A stretch of 63,751 nucleotides of DNA, the filler included, from Octopus bimaculoides (taxonomy: Eukaryota): NCBI RefSeq assembly GCF_001194135.2. It is 12 parts of 12 records of this genome, joined end to end, with 100 filler letters (N's around TTAATTAATTAA, not from the genome) between each part and the next. Parts side by side here need not be neighbours in the genome. Positions count along the whole stretch, not along the records: positions 52,133 to 53,571 come from NW_026392872.1; positions 53,672 to 57,373 come from NC_068994.1; positions 57,474 to 60,131 come from NC_068985.1; positions 60,232 to 61,767 come from NW_026346616.1; positions 61,868 to 63,751 come from NC_069005.1; 7 more parts are not named here. One strand, given 5' to 3'. Positions 52,135-63,751 of the stretch are shown here, one piece after another. The notes under the pieces are model-generated. The model was not told where the DNA came from and ran no database searches. It was given only the letters and a program-made list of their open reading frames with translations. Within the stretch, counting starts at the first letter, position 1. Every line of letters starts with the position of its first letter. Made by a program: the position numbers and the translations under genes.

Positions 52135-52330
52135 TGTCTGTATTTGTCCCCCCACCATTGCTTGACAACTGATGTTGGTGTGGTTACATCCCCTTGACAT
52201 AGCAGTTTGGCAAAGAGACTGATAGAATAAGTACTAGGCTTACAAAGAATAAGTTTTGGGGTTGATTTCTTTGACTAAAAGCAGTGCTCCAGCACGGCCA
52301 CAGTCAAATAACTGAAACAAATAAAAGAAT
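52135..52330 (+). mobile_element. SINE family B tail, CpG-decayed
   Basis: ACAACTGATG, TTACATCCCC and TAGCAGTTTGGC, where other copies have ACAACCGATG, TTACGTCCCC and TAGCGGTTCGGC. Confidence 0.8.
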
Positions 52331-53203
52331 AAACCGAGAGTTAGGCCAAAAAGATGGTTTTTAAACTTGGAACACCTTGGTGAGGAAAGAATTATAGGGA
52401 TGCAAAACCTATTTTGTCATTTCATTAATAAAAGGAAAGGTAACAAAAATTACTGATTCTGGGGTGGGGTCAGGATGGAAGAGTGGGTCCTGGTATTAAT
52501 CAGATTGAAAACCATTAATTTAAGGGGCAATATATTAATATAACATTGAATTCATACACATCACTGCTTAGCGCTCCCACCCTGTAAGTTAATGTAAAAT
52601 AAATATTAATATTTAAGGGACAGCATATTAATATAGTGTAATATTAATATAACATGACAAGCTCGCACCTTCCACACAGGGGCAGCAAAACCAATTTTGA
52701 AAAACTAAAACCAAAAAGAACAACAAAAAAAAGTAAAGCCACCGCTACCTCCATCACCACCATCACCACCTTGTCCAAATTTATTCGAGCAAGAGTGGAG
52801 GGGGATGAATGTTGAAAAAAAGAGACGATAAGAAAAGGAAAGGAAGAAAGAAAGGATAAAGGAAAGCAAGACATAAAGCAAAAAAAAAAAATTAAATAAG
52901 CGGAAGGAAGGAAGGAAGGAAAGAAAAAGCAAGACATGAAGCAATAAAAAAAAAGGAAGAAAGAAAGAAGGAATGAAACAAAGAAAGAAGGTAAGAAAGA
53001 AAAGAAAAGAAAAGGAAGACAAAAGAAAGAAAGAAGAAAGGAAGGTCATTAAAATGCCTTTTCAGCTTGTCTGGTTTGACCTGGATGGTCATAACATTCA
53101 TATGGAATTATCAACAAATTCCTACAATATTTTATGGTGTTTATCCTTTATTCTTTCTGATATAATGATTTCAGAGATATTTTTAGCTTAGTTTAAGCAA
53201 ACA

Positions 53204-53244
<41 letters not shown>

Positions 53245-53671
53245 TGTATTTGTGAATGTGTCTGTATATGTATGTATATATGAATGTATGTATACAGAAG
53301 CAAACCGAACAAAGAAGCGGGTATAAAACCATCAGTTCAATTCACTGTTGTTACTGTCATACATATACTAGTGGCTGGATAGATATCAATAGAGGACCTG
53401 AGGTTCTCTGAAGTATTAAGACTGGCGAAGTACCTGGTTAGTGGTTAGTTCATGAGGAGACTTCATGAGTCAGAGATACACCCAAAACCCTTTGAGAATG
53501 AAATGGGTTACATTTTCCAACAGCAAACTGCCATATCCTGTGTCTTTACTAATTTGTTTTACTCAACTCAGNNNNNNNNNNNNNNNNNNNNNNNNNNNNN
53601 NNNNNNNNNNNNNNNTTAATTAATTAANNNNNNNNNNNNNNNNNNNNNNNNNNNNNNNNNNNNNNNNNNNN

Positions 53672-53730
<59 letters not shown>

Positions 53731-53868
53731 TTATTTCAATGGTCGACTTAAGCTACAAAAGATTTGAAATCAATTGATGTAAACATTGTTGTTAGACAAG
53801 AACTGGCAGCCTGCCTCACCAAATTTACCTGACAAAATCTTTAGTTCAAAGATGCGTTTACCTCTCTC

Positions 53869-53900
<32 letters not shown>

Positions 53901-54052
53901 ATACACACACACATAAACACACAAACACACAAACACACACTTTCTTTCCTCACTCTCTCTCTTTCTCCCACCTTCTAAAAACTCCTATTCTTCCTTTGCA
54001 TCCCCGAAAATATTTTCTGCAAAGGGGGTTTTATACGCCCGTGCACACACAC

Positions 54053-54089
<37 letters not shown>

Positions 54090-54182
54090 CACGCACATAC
54101 ATACCTACTTACATTCATACATTCATTCATACATGCACACATGCATACATTCATAATATATGAATGTATGCACACATACATC

Positions 54183-54239
<57 letters not shown>

Positions 54240-54379
54240 GGATTGAGGTAACTCCTCCAGTTTATTTTTTGAACCTTTTGAAGGTGTGCTAGATGCCGAA
54301 ATATCGTTCACGTGATAACAATGGCACTCTTCTTCTTTTTCTTCTTCTTCTTCTTCTTCTTCTTCTTCTTCTTCTTCTT

Positions 54380-54474
<95 letters not shown>

Positions 54475-54479
54475 CATTA

Positions 54480-54565
54480 TTATGTTGTTGTTTTTTCTTC
54501 CATTTCTCGCCGAGTGTTTTCCGTACACCTAGGGCAGAGAAGCTCATTGTATGCGTTCCCAGTTT
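54480..54565 (-). mobile_element. Very short 3' end of a (TAA)n-tailed non-LTR element, just upstream of the GluR ATG
   Basis: Minus strand CTTCTCTGCCCTAGGTGTACGGAAAACACTCGGCGAGAAATGGAAG runs into (AAT)n. The family is inferred only from tail architecture. Confidence 0.4.
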
Positions 54566-54631
54566 ACACACGCAAATTCACAGGTAAAATATGTATTTAA
54601 AAAGAAAATTAATAAATAAATAAATTCAAGA

Positions 54632-54713
54632 ATGGATGTTGTTTTCACAGCGATAATGCTCTTCTCAGTACATGAGTCGTTCCAGTTAACACGATTTTTT
54701 GCACTTCCTGTAG
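54632..54713 (+). CDS. GluR: Candidate first coding exon (signal peptide) of the same glutamate receptor
   Basis: ATG at 54632 gives MDVVFTAIMLFSVHESFQLTRFFALPV plus one G (phase 1). Splicing to 55920 gives LPVGSVFD, matching the IQIGGLF/VPIGGIFD first beta-strand of iGluR ATDs. Same contig as exon 2, intron 1206 bp. The donor reads G|GGATGG, not GT. Confidence 0.65.
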
Positions 54714-54771
54714 GGATGGCAGGCCTGGTATCATTTTCAAATAAGTTTCAGTACCTTCTTTTTTATCATTC

Positions 54772-54857
<86 letters not shown>

Positions 54858-55775
54858 CTAGAGCTTTATACGAATTTCTACTCTAGCACCAATTTCCTGG
54901 TGACTGTACATCACTGCGCCTTTTGGGAATATGTGCAGCTGTGTCTTTCTATGGCTACTATGCTACATCAATTTCGCTTTGTTGTGAGAGGCTCTGTCTT
55001 AGTCTTGTTATGTTATTATGTCCTCTGTTTTACAGAATACTTTTAGCGTGACTTTGTGTTATTTCGTTGGATAGCGTTTCTGCTTTGTATCTGCTGTTTG
55101 GTTAGTGGTATGGGTTTTAGTGTTGGGTGGTGATGGCGTGGGTCGTGTTGTATCAACTTAGTGCTAGTGTTTCTGTTGTTGTCCACATCTCTTTAATATT
55201 CAGCGGAACTGTTTCAAAGACTGCTTTGAAAATATAGCATTTTAATTCTATCACAGACTGAAATTCCAAATAAAACAAATTTTACGTGCTGCAACGCCAC
55301 ACTAGTTAATTGGCATCTTTGTCTAAAAGCTTTTTTTTAGTTATCTTGTTTTTCTTTTAACGGTTTGCACTTGTGTGTTCATTTACCATAAAACATAAAT
55401 ATAATGAACACTAATTGCAGGCGAGCAGACTTTCTCAGCCGATAGCAGTTTACATTGAAAATAATTAATTCTGAGTGGACATGCTTTGAGAAGATCAAAC
55501 AAATCACTCACTGATCACTCTTTTGAATCCTAAGAATAAATCTATGGAGTTTTATCATATTTAAGGAGCTTCGTAAAAGACAGAGATTTCACAAATTAAT
55601 TAGGGTCTAGCCAGATGTAATTTTAGACTTAGCGTAGCTGTTGGTCTTTCCAAAGATAGAGAACAGTGGCGAAAACCGATTGGACTGTTCTGAGTACATA
55701 CCATCTCTTAGATTGTTGACTCTATTTTATGCAAACAGAAGCTTTAGGAAAAAATCTGCTCGTATATCTATCTAA

Positions 55776-55822
<47 letters not shown>

Positions 55823-55919
55823 CCTATCTCTTCACTCATCTTTCTCCCCACCCCCGTACACATAGGCACACTCATGTACCATTCACTTACCTTCTTTCTT
55901 TATTTACCTTCATTCGCAG

Positions 55920-56072
55920 GCTCTGTGTTTGATGTTGAGTCGGAGAAGATAAAAACGGCGTTTCGTTTTGCTGTTGGCCGTTTTAACACGATGGAAAGCT
56001 CAACACAGATAAAGCTCAACGCTGTCAGTGAAGACATTGATGACACGGACAGCTTCTCTTTAGGCAATGCAC
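55920..56072 (+). CDS. GluR: Internal coding exon (coding exon 2) of a non-NMDA ionotropic glutamate receptor (AMPA/kainate class), start of the amino-terminal LIVBP-like domain
   Basis: 153 nt, phase 1-1. Acceptor is a pyrimidine tract plus CGCAG (AG 55918-55919); donor is GTAAGT at 56073. Translates (G)SVFDVESEKIKTAFRFAVGRFNTMESSTQIKLNAVSEDIDDTDSFSLGNA(L). From recalled family sequences this matches GluK2 GGIF..LAFRFAV and GluA2 GGLF..SAFR..NSFAVTNAFC, and both boundaries fall where vertebrate GRIA/GRIK exon 2 boundaries fall. The paralog cannot be assigned. Confidence 0.9.
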
Positions 56073-56749
56073 GTAAGTACAAGTTTTTTCTTTGTGTCTG
56101 CATCTCACAATGCGTAATTATAATTTATATATATATAACACGGTTGGCGCCACCAGGTTGAGTGATACCGCGCAAGTATCGAAACAACAATAATGGTTAT
56201 TCTTTTGGAAAGAATTATTATCATTTTGGAAGAGTAGATTGAATTTAGAAGGAAAAATTGTCTGCTATTTCTGATACGATATCGCGGACCACACAGAGGC
56301 ACCGTCAATGGCTCAGAATATACTACATTTACAATCATTGAGATGGACGATATCTTTCAGACTATGAACTAATGTAAACATAATCCCCAGCTCTACAACA
56401 TAACATGACTTTAATTCATGTATCAGTTACAGACCGACCAACAAAATCACTTTCTATGAGTGAAAGTGAAAAGATCCTCGCTTCACATCATTTCATACCA
56501 ATTCAACCGAAGCAAACAGGTTCTAACCAGTGTCAAACTGTGCAACCCTCTTTCAAAACGTGGAGAACAAATCTGTCTTTCAAAATATTTCTAAAAATCG
56601 TAGTAGAACCAATGCGCACCGCTAGTTCATATCAATCTAATATTATCGATCACATAACATAGCTTTGATCGATTGATCTCTCTGCCTGTTTGTCTGCCTA
56701 TCTGTCTGTCTGTTTTATCAATCAATCTATCTATCTGTCTATCTCTTTG

Positions 56750-56818
<69 letters not shown>

Positions 56819-58125
56819 ATACGTAAGTCGCTTTTCTACTATTGTATTCAATATATAACACACACACACACACATGTATGTATATATATATTTGCATACC
56901 GAGAGAAACGCACATGCACATACATTTAGACGCACAGACACATGTATTCATATATCCATGCACACACAGACACGCACACATATCGAGGGATAATATTTAT
57001 TCCCACTTAAAAGTGGATGTTCTGTTAGAACAAACTATACTGCGGAAGTTACCACGAGAGAAACTCCCGTTCTAACAGAACATCCGCGTTTAACTGGGGA
57101 AAAAATATTACCTTTCGGTATTAATACCACACACACACACACACACATATTAATAGTTATCGCCAAGCTAACATGGCAGTCCAGAAAAATAGGACGAATG
57201 CTGCCGTTGATTCGCTCGAAGAGGCCATCGCCTCTAGCTAGCTATGTGACACACGAACCACTGTCCATTATAACCTTCGAACGGGGGAAGGTCAGCCGCT
57301 TCCCCTTGTTGGTCTGGCATCTACAGGCTAGTTTCAGGGTATTTGCCCCTTATCAATATAGAGCAGCCGAATCNNNNNNNNNNNNNNNNNNNNNNNNNNN
57401 NNNNNNNNNNNNNNNNNTTAATTAATTAANNNNNNNNNNNNNNNNNNNNNNNNNNNNNNNNNNNNNNNNNNNNATATATATATATATATATATGTGTGTG
57501 TATGTATGTATGTATGTATGTATGTATGTGCATGTATGGGTGTGTTTTTGTGAGCATGCATGCAGGGACATTACCCCGACATGCGTAAACAAGCCTACAA
57601 TCAAGCAAAGCCAGTAGTCACAACAAGTTCGAATACACAGCCATATTAGCAATAGTTTAGAGTGATGAGAACGAAGCGTGTTGTTCAGCTGGTCAAAAAT
57701 TAAGATTAAGTAATACACGGAGCGATGTCTATTATCATACTTGATGGGAAATGGGAAATGACAATGTAGAGGCTATGTCTAACAGTATGGTAATTACTCC
57801 AGGAATAGCGTCCCTTTGCGGATTCATTTGTTCACGAAGCGAGCCATGCATTTTGAAAGGCGGGAGTTATTTGGTGTCAACCACGTGGCTAGATTAATAT
57901 TATTTAGAGTTAGTGGCTGGACAATTAATTGTTAGAATATGATGGGTGCAATAAAATGATATTTCGTTCATTTGCTTACGGCAATATGAATTTCTATGTG
58001 TTATCAGCTATAATATCACACAATATCTTGAGTATAAAGGTTTTTATTAAATCTGTTTGTAATAATGATTGAGCGCTACCATTGTTCATTTTACTCCGAA
58101 TTACTTGTAGATTGTTCAGATTGCT

Positions 58126-58194
<69 letters not shown>

Positions 58195-58320
58195 ATTGTT
58201 GTTGTTGTTGATGTTGTTGTTGTTCTTCTTAATAATGATATTAATATACTGGGCTTCGTATATTTTACTCTAGTGTCACTTTGATGGTATACACTACTCT
58301 CACAAAACAACAACAACAGC

Positions 58321-58428
<108 letters not shown>

Positions 58429-58429
58429 T

Positions 58430-58745
58430 CTTTCTCAAGGGCCGCACATAAAAGTAAAGGATGATACAACTCAAAGGACGGTGAACATTTCTTACAGTGC
58501 GTGTAAAGAGTAAAATTAAAAAAACAAATAACAAGTAACATTGAAAATTTCAACAATAAAATTCCCCAAAGGGGACGGAACTCCGCCTTGGAGCTACCAA
58601 AAAATTTCACTCATCCCGGACACACCGAACGCCAAAGACATCTAATGCGGGTACCTCTCTTCTCTTCATTTCTTCCGGCTAAGAGGTGCATGCTCATAGT
58701 AGGCCCATTCACACGGTCACTTTCGCCGTATTCACCCAGCTTTCC
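58430..58745 (-). mobile_element. Possible LINE 3' end (Tx1/L1-like?) with a (TTA)n/(TTG)n tail
   Basis: GC-richer segment on the minus strand ending TGTGCGGCCCTTGAGAAAG, directly into a trinucleotide tail. No clear protein motif. Confidence 0.3.
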
Positions 58746-59458
58746 ACAAAATTATTGGTGGGTTGGGGTGGGAGGCATACTTCCTTCCCCACTTTCACTT
58801 TCTGTTTCAAGTCGAATTTGAAGATGTGTTTCCAGTTTTCTTTCTTTCGTTGAAGTTGCCTCAAATACGAGCCCAAGAAATAAAACATCTGTTTGACAGA
58901 ACTGGGTACGTCAATATGTCATTGCATTACCGAAAGATCAATACAGTTTGTAAAATATCCTATTCTCCCTTGGCCAGTGAATGTACAAAGAACCAAAAAC
59001 GTAATATTTGAAAAGGGGGAGGAAACGAAAAAGGGGGCTATATATGTGCGTTGCACACTTGGCGAAGAACAGCTCGTACCACAGCACAGGAGGTGATGTA
59101 AAATATATTGGGAACAATATCGATCTATGACTAGTCAATATTTTTGTGGTATAGTAAAGCATCGAATTAACAGATAATAGCATGTGGTCTGATGGGATCC
59201 ATAATTGATATATAACTCACACTGTGTAATTGATATACAAGTCACACAGCTTTAGAATAATTTAAAGAGTACGGGATTCTGCGGAATATTCAAACAGTTA
59301 CACAATAATTTCATTAGTAAATGGTTCACTAACTGAATTTTACTCACTCGCATTTAGCAAAACTTTAAGGACATCGCTCCAAAGTGAAAGGAACGTCAAC
59401 TGGAGGATTCTTGCGTCGTAAACGACAGTAGAACTTGCACAGATGATTTGACTATAAT

Positions 59459-59555
59459 GGCGCAGGAGTGGCTTTGTGGTAAAAAGCTTGCTTCCCAGCC
59501 ACATGGTTCCGGGTTCAGTCCCACTGGGTGGCACTTTGGGTAAGTGTCTTCTACT
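59459..59555 (+). mobile_element. SINE family A head
   Basis: GGCGCAGGAGTGGCTTTGTGGTAAAAAGCTTGCTTCCCAGCCACATGGTTCCGGGTTCAGTCCCACTG (tRNA-like). Confidence 0.8.
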
Positions 59556-59619
59556 ATGTCTGTTCTATGCATTAGCTCCCTTCCTCCATCTAATCGACAT
59601 TAACTGTACAGTTGCACGG

Positions 59620-59770
59620 TGTGCCATACGTCAGGTGTCGAAGTTATCGCACGGCAATGTGATAAGCAATGCATTGCTGGAGAAAACACCGCACTACTTA
59701 GTCCAGGAATGGAAACCACGGTCTTACGATTTTGAGTACCACACCCTTAACCACTAGGCTACGCACCTCC
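59620..59770 (-). mobile_element. tRNA-derived SINE of a further family (related piece at about 2900-3005)
   Basis: Minus strand starts GTGGAGGTGCGTAGCCTAGTGGTTAAGGGTGTGG (A-box-like). Shares CACCCT(T)AACCACTAG with 2985-3000. Confidence 0.6.
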
Positions 59771-61424
59771 ACAGAACGTCTATTAGTGACATATTTAATA
59801 TACGTTTTCTGATATCTAGTGGAAGAGAGAATAAAAAGTTATGGCATTTAAGTCTTTTTTAACGACACGCGTGGCGTAAATCAGAAAGAAACGGTTTCAA
59901 CCGGGTATCGTAACCGGATTTCTGGTTTAGATATCAGGAGATTGCTTCTTCCGTTCTCAATTGTGATGCTATCAACTAAATACCGTTAAATGTACAATAT
60001 GATATACTTGTATGTATGCATGCATGCTTGTACGTACGTATGTATGTATGCGTGCTTGTATGTATGTATGTATGTATGAAAGTATGTATGCATGTATGTA
60101 ATATGATCACATATATCAATATATATATATANNNNNNNNNNNNNNNNNNNNNNNNNNNNNNNNNNNNNNNNNNNNTTAATTAATTAANNNNNNNNNNNNN
60201 NNNNNNNNNNNNNNNNNNNNNNNNNNNNNNNTCGCCCCTCTGTGCGCCTGTACCTCAGAAATGAGATGCTGTACCGACAAATGTGTTGCATGTTAGGTGC
60301 AGATGTATCTCCACAACTAACTAGATTTTCATTCGCCGTTTCTCGACTGTGCTATTACTCCCTGTTTTCTTGATTTTAACAAGACAGGAAGACTTCCTAA
60401 GACAGCAACATTCAGAAATTTTTAAAATATAAAATTTTTGGAGGTTAGGGTTTGCAACGAACAAACGACACCAGAGTGGACGTACGGTAGTAAACAATCG
60501 GCCAATACAGACGTTTGGGGCCGTTAGGCCAAGACAAATTGTAATGGGTAACGTCTGGGAGAAATTTTGAAAGGATATAGAGTAAATATAGTAGAAGAGC
60601 AAAAAATATCGAGAGGAGAGAGGAATGATGTCCGGCTAACTGGCCGTCCGATCCAGAAAAGACAGAGCAACGTGTGAGCAACAGGCAGAGGGGAGGACGG
60701 ACAAGGACGAGAGAAAGAAACAAAGGGTGTGAGAAGGGAGAAGGAAAGAAATATAGTAGAGAGTGAAAGAAAGACAGACAGGAGACAGTAAAAAAGTAAG
60801 GGGAGATAAAGGAATATAGAAGTTGATACAGGGATACAGGGAAAGAAAAGAAAAGAAAACAGGCAGGGAACAGATTATAGTCACAGAAAATATATATAGA
60901 TGTAAATACTTATTGTTGACAAAGGCTGCGCGGCATTCAATTATTAAACGAATGAAAAAATATATATTATTTATTTGATAACTGAACGCCAGTAGTGTCA
61001 ACTTTTGTGTAGATTAAGTGAATTAAAACGCGCGCGCACGCGTATACGTGTGCTTGAGCGAGCGAGCGAGCGCCCAATTATGTGTACGTAGCTTGGAATC
61101 GGGAGATATATTATAAGATGTATGTTTGGAGTTGTTTATAATTCCCTTTTCTGCATAATTTTCAAGAATTTTCAAGTCGATACTGCTTTTACAATACATA
61201 CATATTCGAGTGAAATTACTAATATATATATAGTTCCATCTACGATTTAATCTAAATACGTTGATGTACTTTACCGTAGCATATCTACAGCAAAATAGAA
61301 TAAATTCGAATTGTATAGAACATTAGAACTAAATTGCATCTTCTGTTCTACGTATCTCATTACTGGATTGCGTATATATTTAGTTCAATTCGAATTTGCT
61401 TACAAGGTATACTGGTTTCAAATT

Positions 61425-61622
61425 CACAAGGCCATCAATTTCTTGGGAGGGGTATGTCGACTAAATTGACCCCAGTGCTCAGCTTGTACTTATTTCACCG
61501 ACCCCGAAATGAGGAATGGCAAAGTCGACCCGCTCAGAATTTGAAATCAGAAGTTAGCGATGGACGAAATGCTGTTAAGCATTTTTCCCGGCGTGCTAAC
61601 GGTTCTGCCAACTCACCACCTT
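61425..61622 (-). mobile_element. Family C SINE
   Basis: Reverse complement of the 11239-type head and core. Confidence 0.75.
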
Positions 61623-61867
61623 AGTTATCAGATTTAGCAATGGGTCGATGACTTAAAGGTTCGCGTTAACGATTAGATAGTGACGGGATAAGTACCTTAA
61701 CACAAAACACTAGTCCATCGAATCACTGATCAAGCGTCATGTGTTTCTCTCGCACTCACAAATTCTGNNNNNNNNNNNNNNNNNNNNNNNNNNNNNNNNN
61801 NNNNNNNNNNNTTAATTAATTAANNNNNNNNNNNNNNNNNNNNNNNNNNNNNNNNNNNNNNNNNNNN

Positions 61868-62084
61868 ACCGATGGTGGTGTGTTTACTTCCCCGTCAACT
61901 AGCGGTTCGGCAATAGAGACCGATAGAATAAGTACTAGGCTTAGAAAGAATAAGTCCTGAGGTCAATTTGCTCGAGTAAAGGCAATGTTCCAGCATGGCC
62001 GCAGTTAAATGACTGAAACAAAAAAAAGAATAAAAAGAAAAGAAAGAATATTTGTCAGGCGGAAACTGTAAGAAGCCCGTCGTG

Positions 62085-62085
<1 letters not shown>
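61868..62085 (+). mobile_element. SINE family B tail followed by a family A 3' segment
   Basis: CTAGCGGTTCGGCAA..GATAGAATAAGTACTAGGCTT..CCAGCATGGCCGCAG, then GGAAACTGTAAGAAGCCCGTCG. Confidence 0.8.
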
Positions 62086-62120
<35 letters not shown>

Positions 62121-63275
62121 AGTGAGTTTGTGTCTGTCACTAGCACCAGCAGATACAAATCTTACTGATCGCAAGAAACATTTCATTTTCCGTATTCTTT
62201 ATGTAATGGCCACTCACCTCTCATTCGTTTGACACAGCTCAACACAGATTGTCTCTCTCACTCTTTTTCCAACACGCCCACACACTTCGCCTCTCCCTCT
62301 TTCTCTCTCTCTCTCTCACGCACATGCACATATTTGCAGGTCATATGTATTTACTAAACAACACTATAAAATGCTAGCTTGAGTATTTCCAGTGTCTTCA
62401 ATATAAGAAATAATAACAGTAAGTTTACATGAGCTGATAAGGAGATGTTTCAAAGGGCCAGCTTTGTCACACTCTGTGTCACGCTGAATCTCCCTGAGAA
62501 CTACGTTAAGGGTACACGTGTCTGTGGAGTGCTCAGCCACTTGCACGTTAATAAATGAGTTGCGACGTNNNNNNNNNNTTAAGGGTACACGTGTCTGTGG
62601 AGTGCTCAGCCACTTGCACGTTAATAAATGAGTTGCGACGTCACTGGTGCCAAGCTGTATCGGCCTTTGCCTTTCCCTTGGATAACATCGGTGGTGTGCA
62701 GAGGGGAGGCTGACTGCTGGTCGTCTATAAACAACCTTGCCCAATCTTGTGCCACGGAGGGTAACTTTCTAGGCACAATCCCATGGTAATTCATGACCGA
62801 AGGGGGGGGGGGGTCACAACAATTCGAAGCAAGCGAGGCAATTCGAAACGTTTTCCGTGTCTTTGTGTTCATCAACTGAAGTATTTGCTTCAACATTACT
62901 TGCTATCCTTGTCGTAATTATCGCGATGTCAGACAAATTCGTTTGTTTCTTTCCAAAGTTATTTGAATTAACACGAAATATATTTTTATCGAAGCGTTTT
63001 ATATTTTGTTTTTGTTTCTTTCTTGTCATTTTATCCTTCCCCAACAACTTTTGTTTATCGTTTTTGAAATTTGTGGGGATCTTCGTGGAAAGATCGGCCT
63101 TAATGTGAAGAATCTGTGAGATGAAATTTCCCCTTCTTGAAGCATGAAAGCCATTTCTGTGCAATACTCTCAATATTGATGCCTTCCCCTTACAGACGTA
63201 TGATGATGGAGAGCCAAGGAGGTGAAAAATGACTACTTTCGACACATGCTTCTCTCTTCTTTCAATCAAGGATCC

Positions 63276-63333
63276 AAAGCTTCATTGGAAGCTTTACATA
63301 CCCCTTTGAAAGAATTCCTTTCAAAGGGGTATG
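63276..63333. repeat. Two adjacent perfect hairpins (8-bp and 16-bp stems)
   Basis: AAAGCTTC-ATTG-GAAGCTTT (63276-63295) and CATACCCCTTTGAAAG-AATTC-CTTTCAAAGGGGTATG (63297-63333). Confidence 0.9.
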
Positions 63334-63751
63334 CAACCACAATCCCGCAGAAAAACGCATTGGACACACCCAAACAATCATATATATATATATATATATA
63401 TATACATACCAAGGTTGTGTCCCAGTATGGCTGCAGTAAACAAGTAAAAGATAACAGATAATATATACACATATATATACCTACATATATATTTATAGTT
63501 CAAATTTACAGAAAACAAAAGACGGAGACAGGTGAAGGAACAAGTAGGTGTATCTCTGTTAGGATGTATGTATGCAATTATGTGCTTCGTCTATAACATT
63601 AGACCTCTTATTTCTAGCAATGCAGGTGTTTCTGACAGTCATATTTAATGAAGGTTAGTTTTCCTTTTGGTACACATTGGCTACCGCTGCCAACATCTAA
63701 TATATATCTATCTATCTATCTCTTTATATATATATATATATATATATATAT

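Noticed and set aside
54728-54733. Canonical GT donor (CTG|GTATCA) for GluR exon 1
   Set aside because: It is phase 0, which is incompatible with the phase-1 acceptor at 55920.
58835-58905. Candidate GluR exon 3 (TTTCCAG or TTGAAG acceptors, GTACGT donor)
   Set aside because: The phase-1 readings give a stop or LFFLSLKLPQIRAQ.., not the expected LC.....GV.AIFG.
62506-62641. Apparent ~63-bp tandem duplication
   Set aside because: The identical copies sit either side of a 10-N gap, which is the signature of unmerged overlapping contig ends. The same pattern occurs at about 14765-14830.
63222-63461. BEL/Pao-like LKEFLSKGYA peptide
   Set aside because: The motif is encoded by the palindromic hairpin itself, and no flanking RT motifs are present.

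Overview
This is repeat-dense, AT-rich animal scaffold sequence with many N-gaps. The SINE repertoire and microsatellite load suggest an octopod cephalopod (inference). Only one host gene is recognisable: the 5' end of a non-NMDA (AMPA/kainate-class) ionotropic glutamate receptor on the + strand. It has a clean phase 1-1 exon encoding the start of the amino-terminal domain (55920-56072). A candidate signal-peptide exon (54632-54713) joins it to give LPVGSVFD, but its donor reads GG instead of GT. The rest is mostly mobile DNA. Non-LTR retroelements: an R4/Dong-like RT-RLE fragment in TAA microsatellite, three RTE fragments, a CR1-like fragment and a Penelope GIY-YIG fragment. DNA transposons: a DD36E Tc1, a DD37D maT, an inverted mariner fusion, and hAT and piggyBac MITEs. 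There are also two solo LTRs with 5-bp TSDs and about 30 tRNA-derived SINE copies. The left 5.7 kb is CpG-depleted and may contain exons of a second, unidentified gene. Nearly all ORF-track entries are microsatellite or N-gap artefacts. The TTAATTAATTAA-in-N pads are scaffolding spacers.
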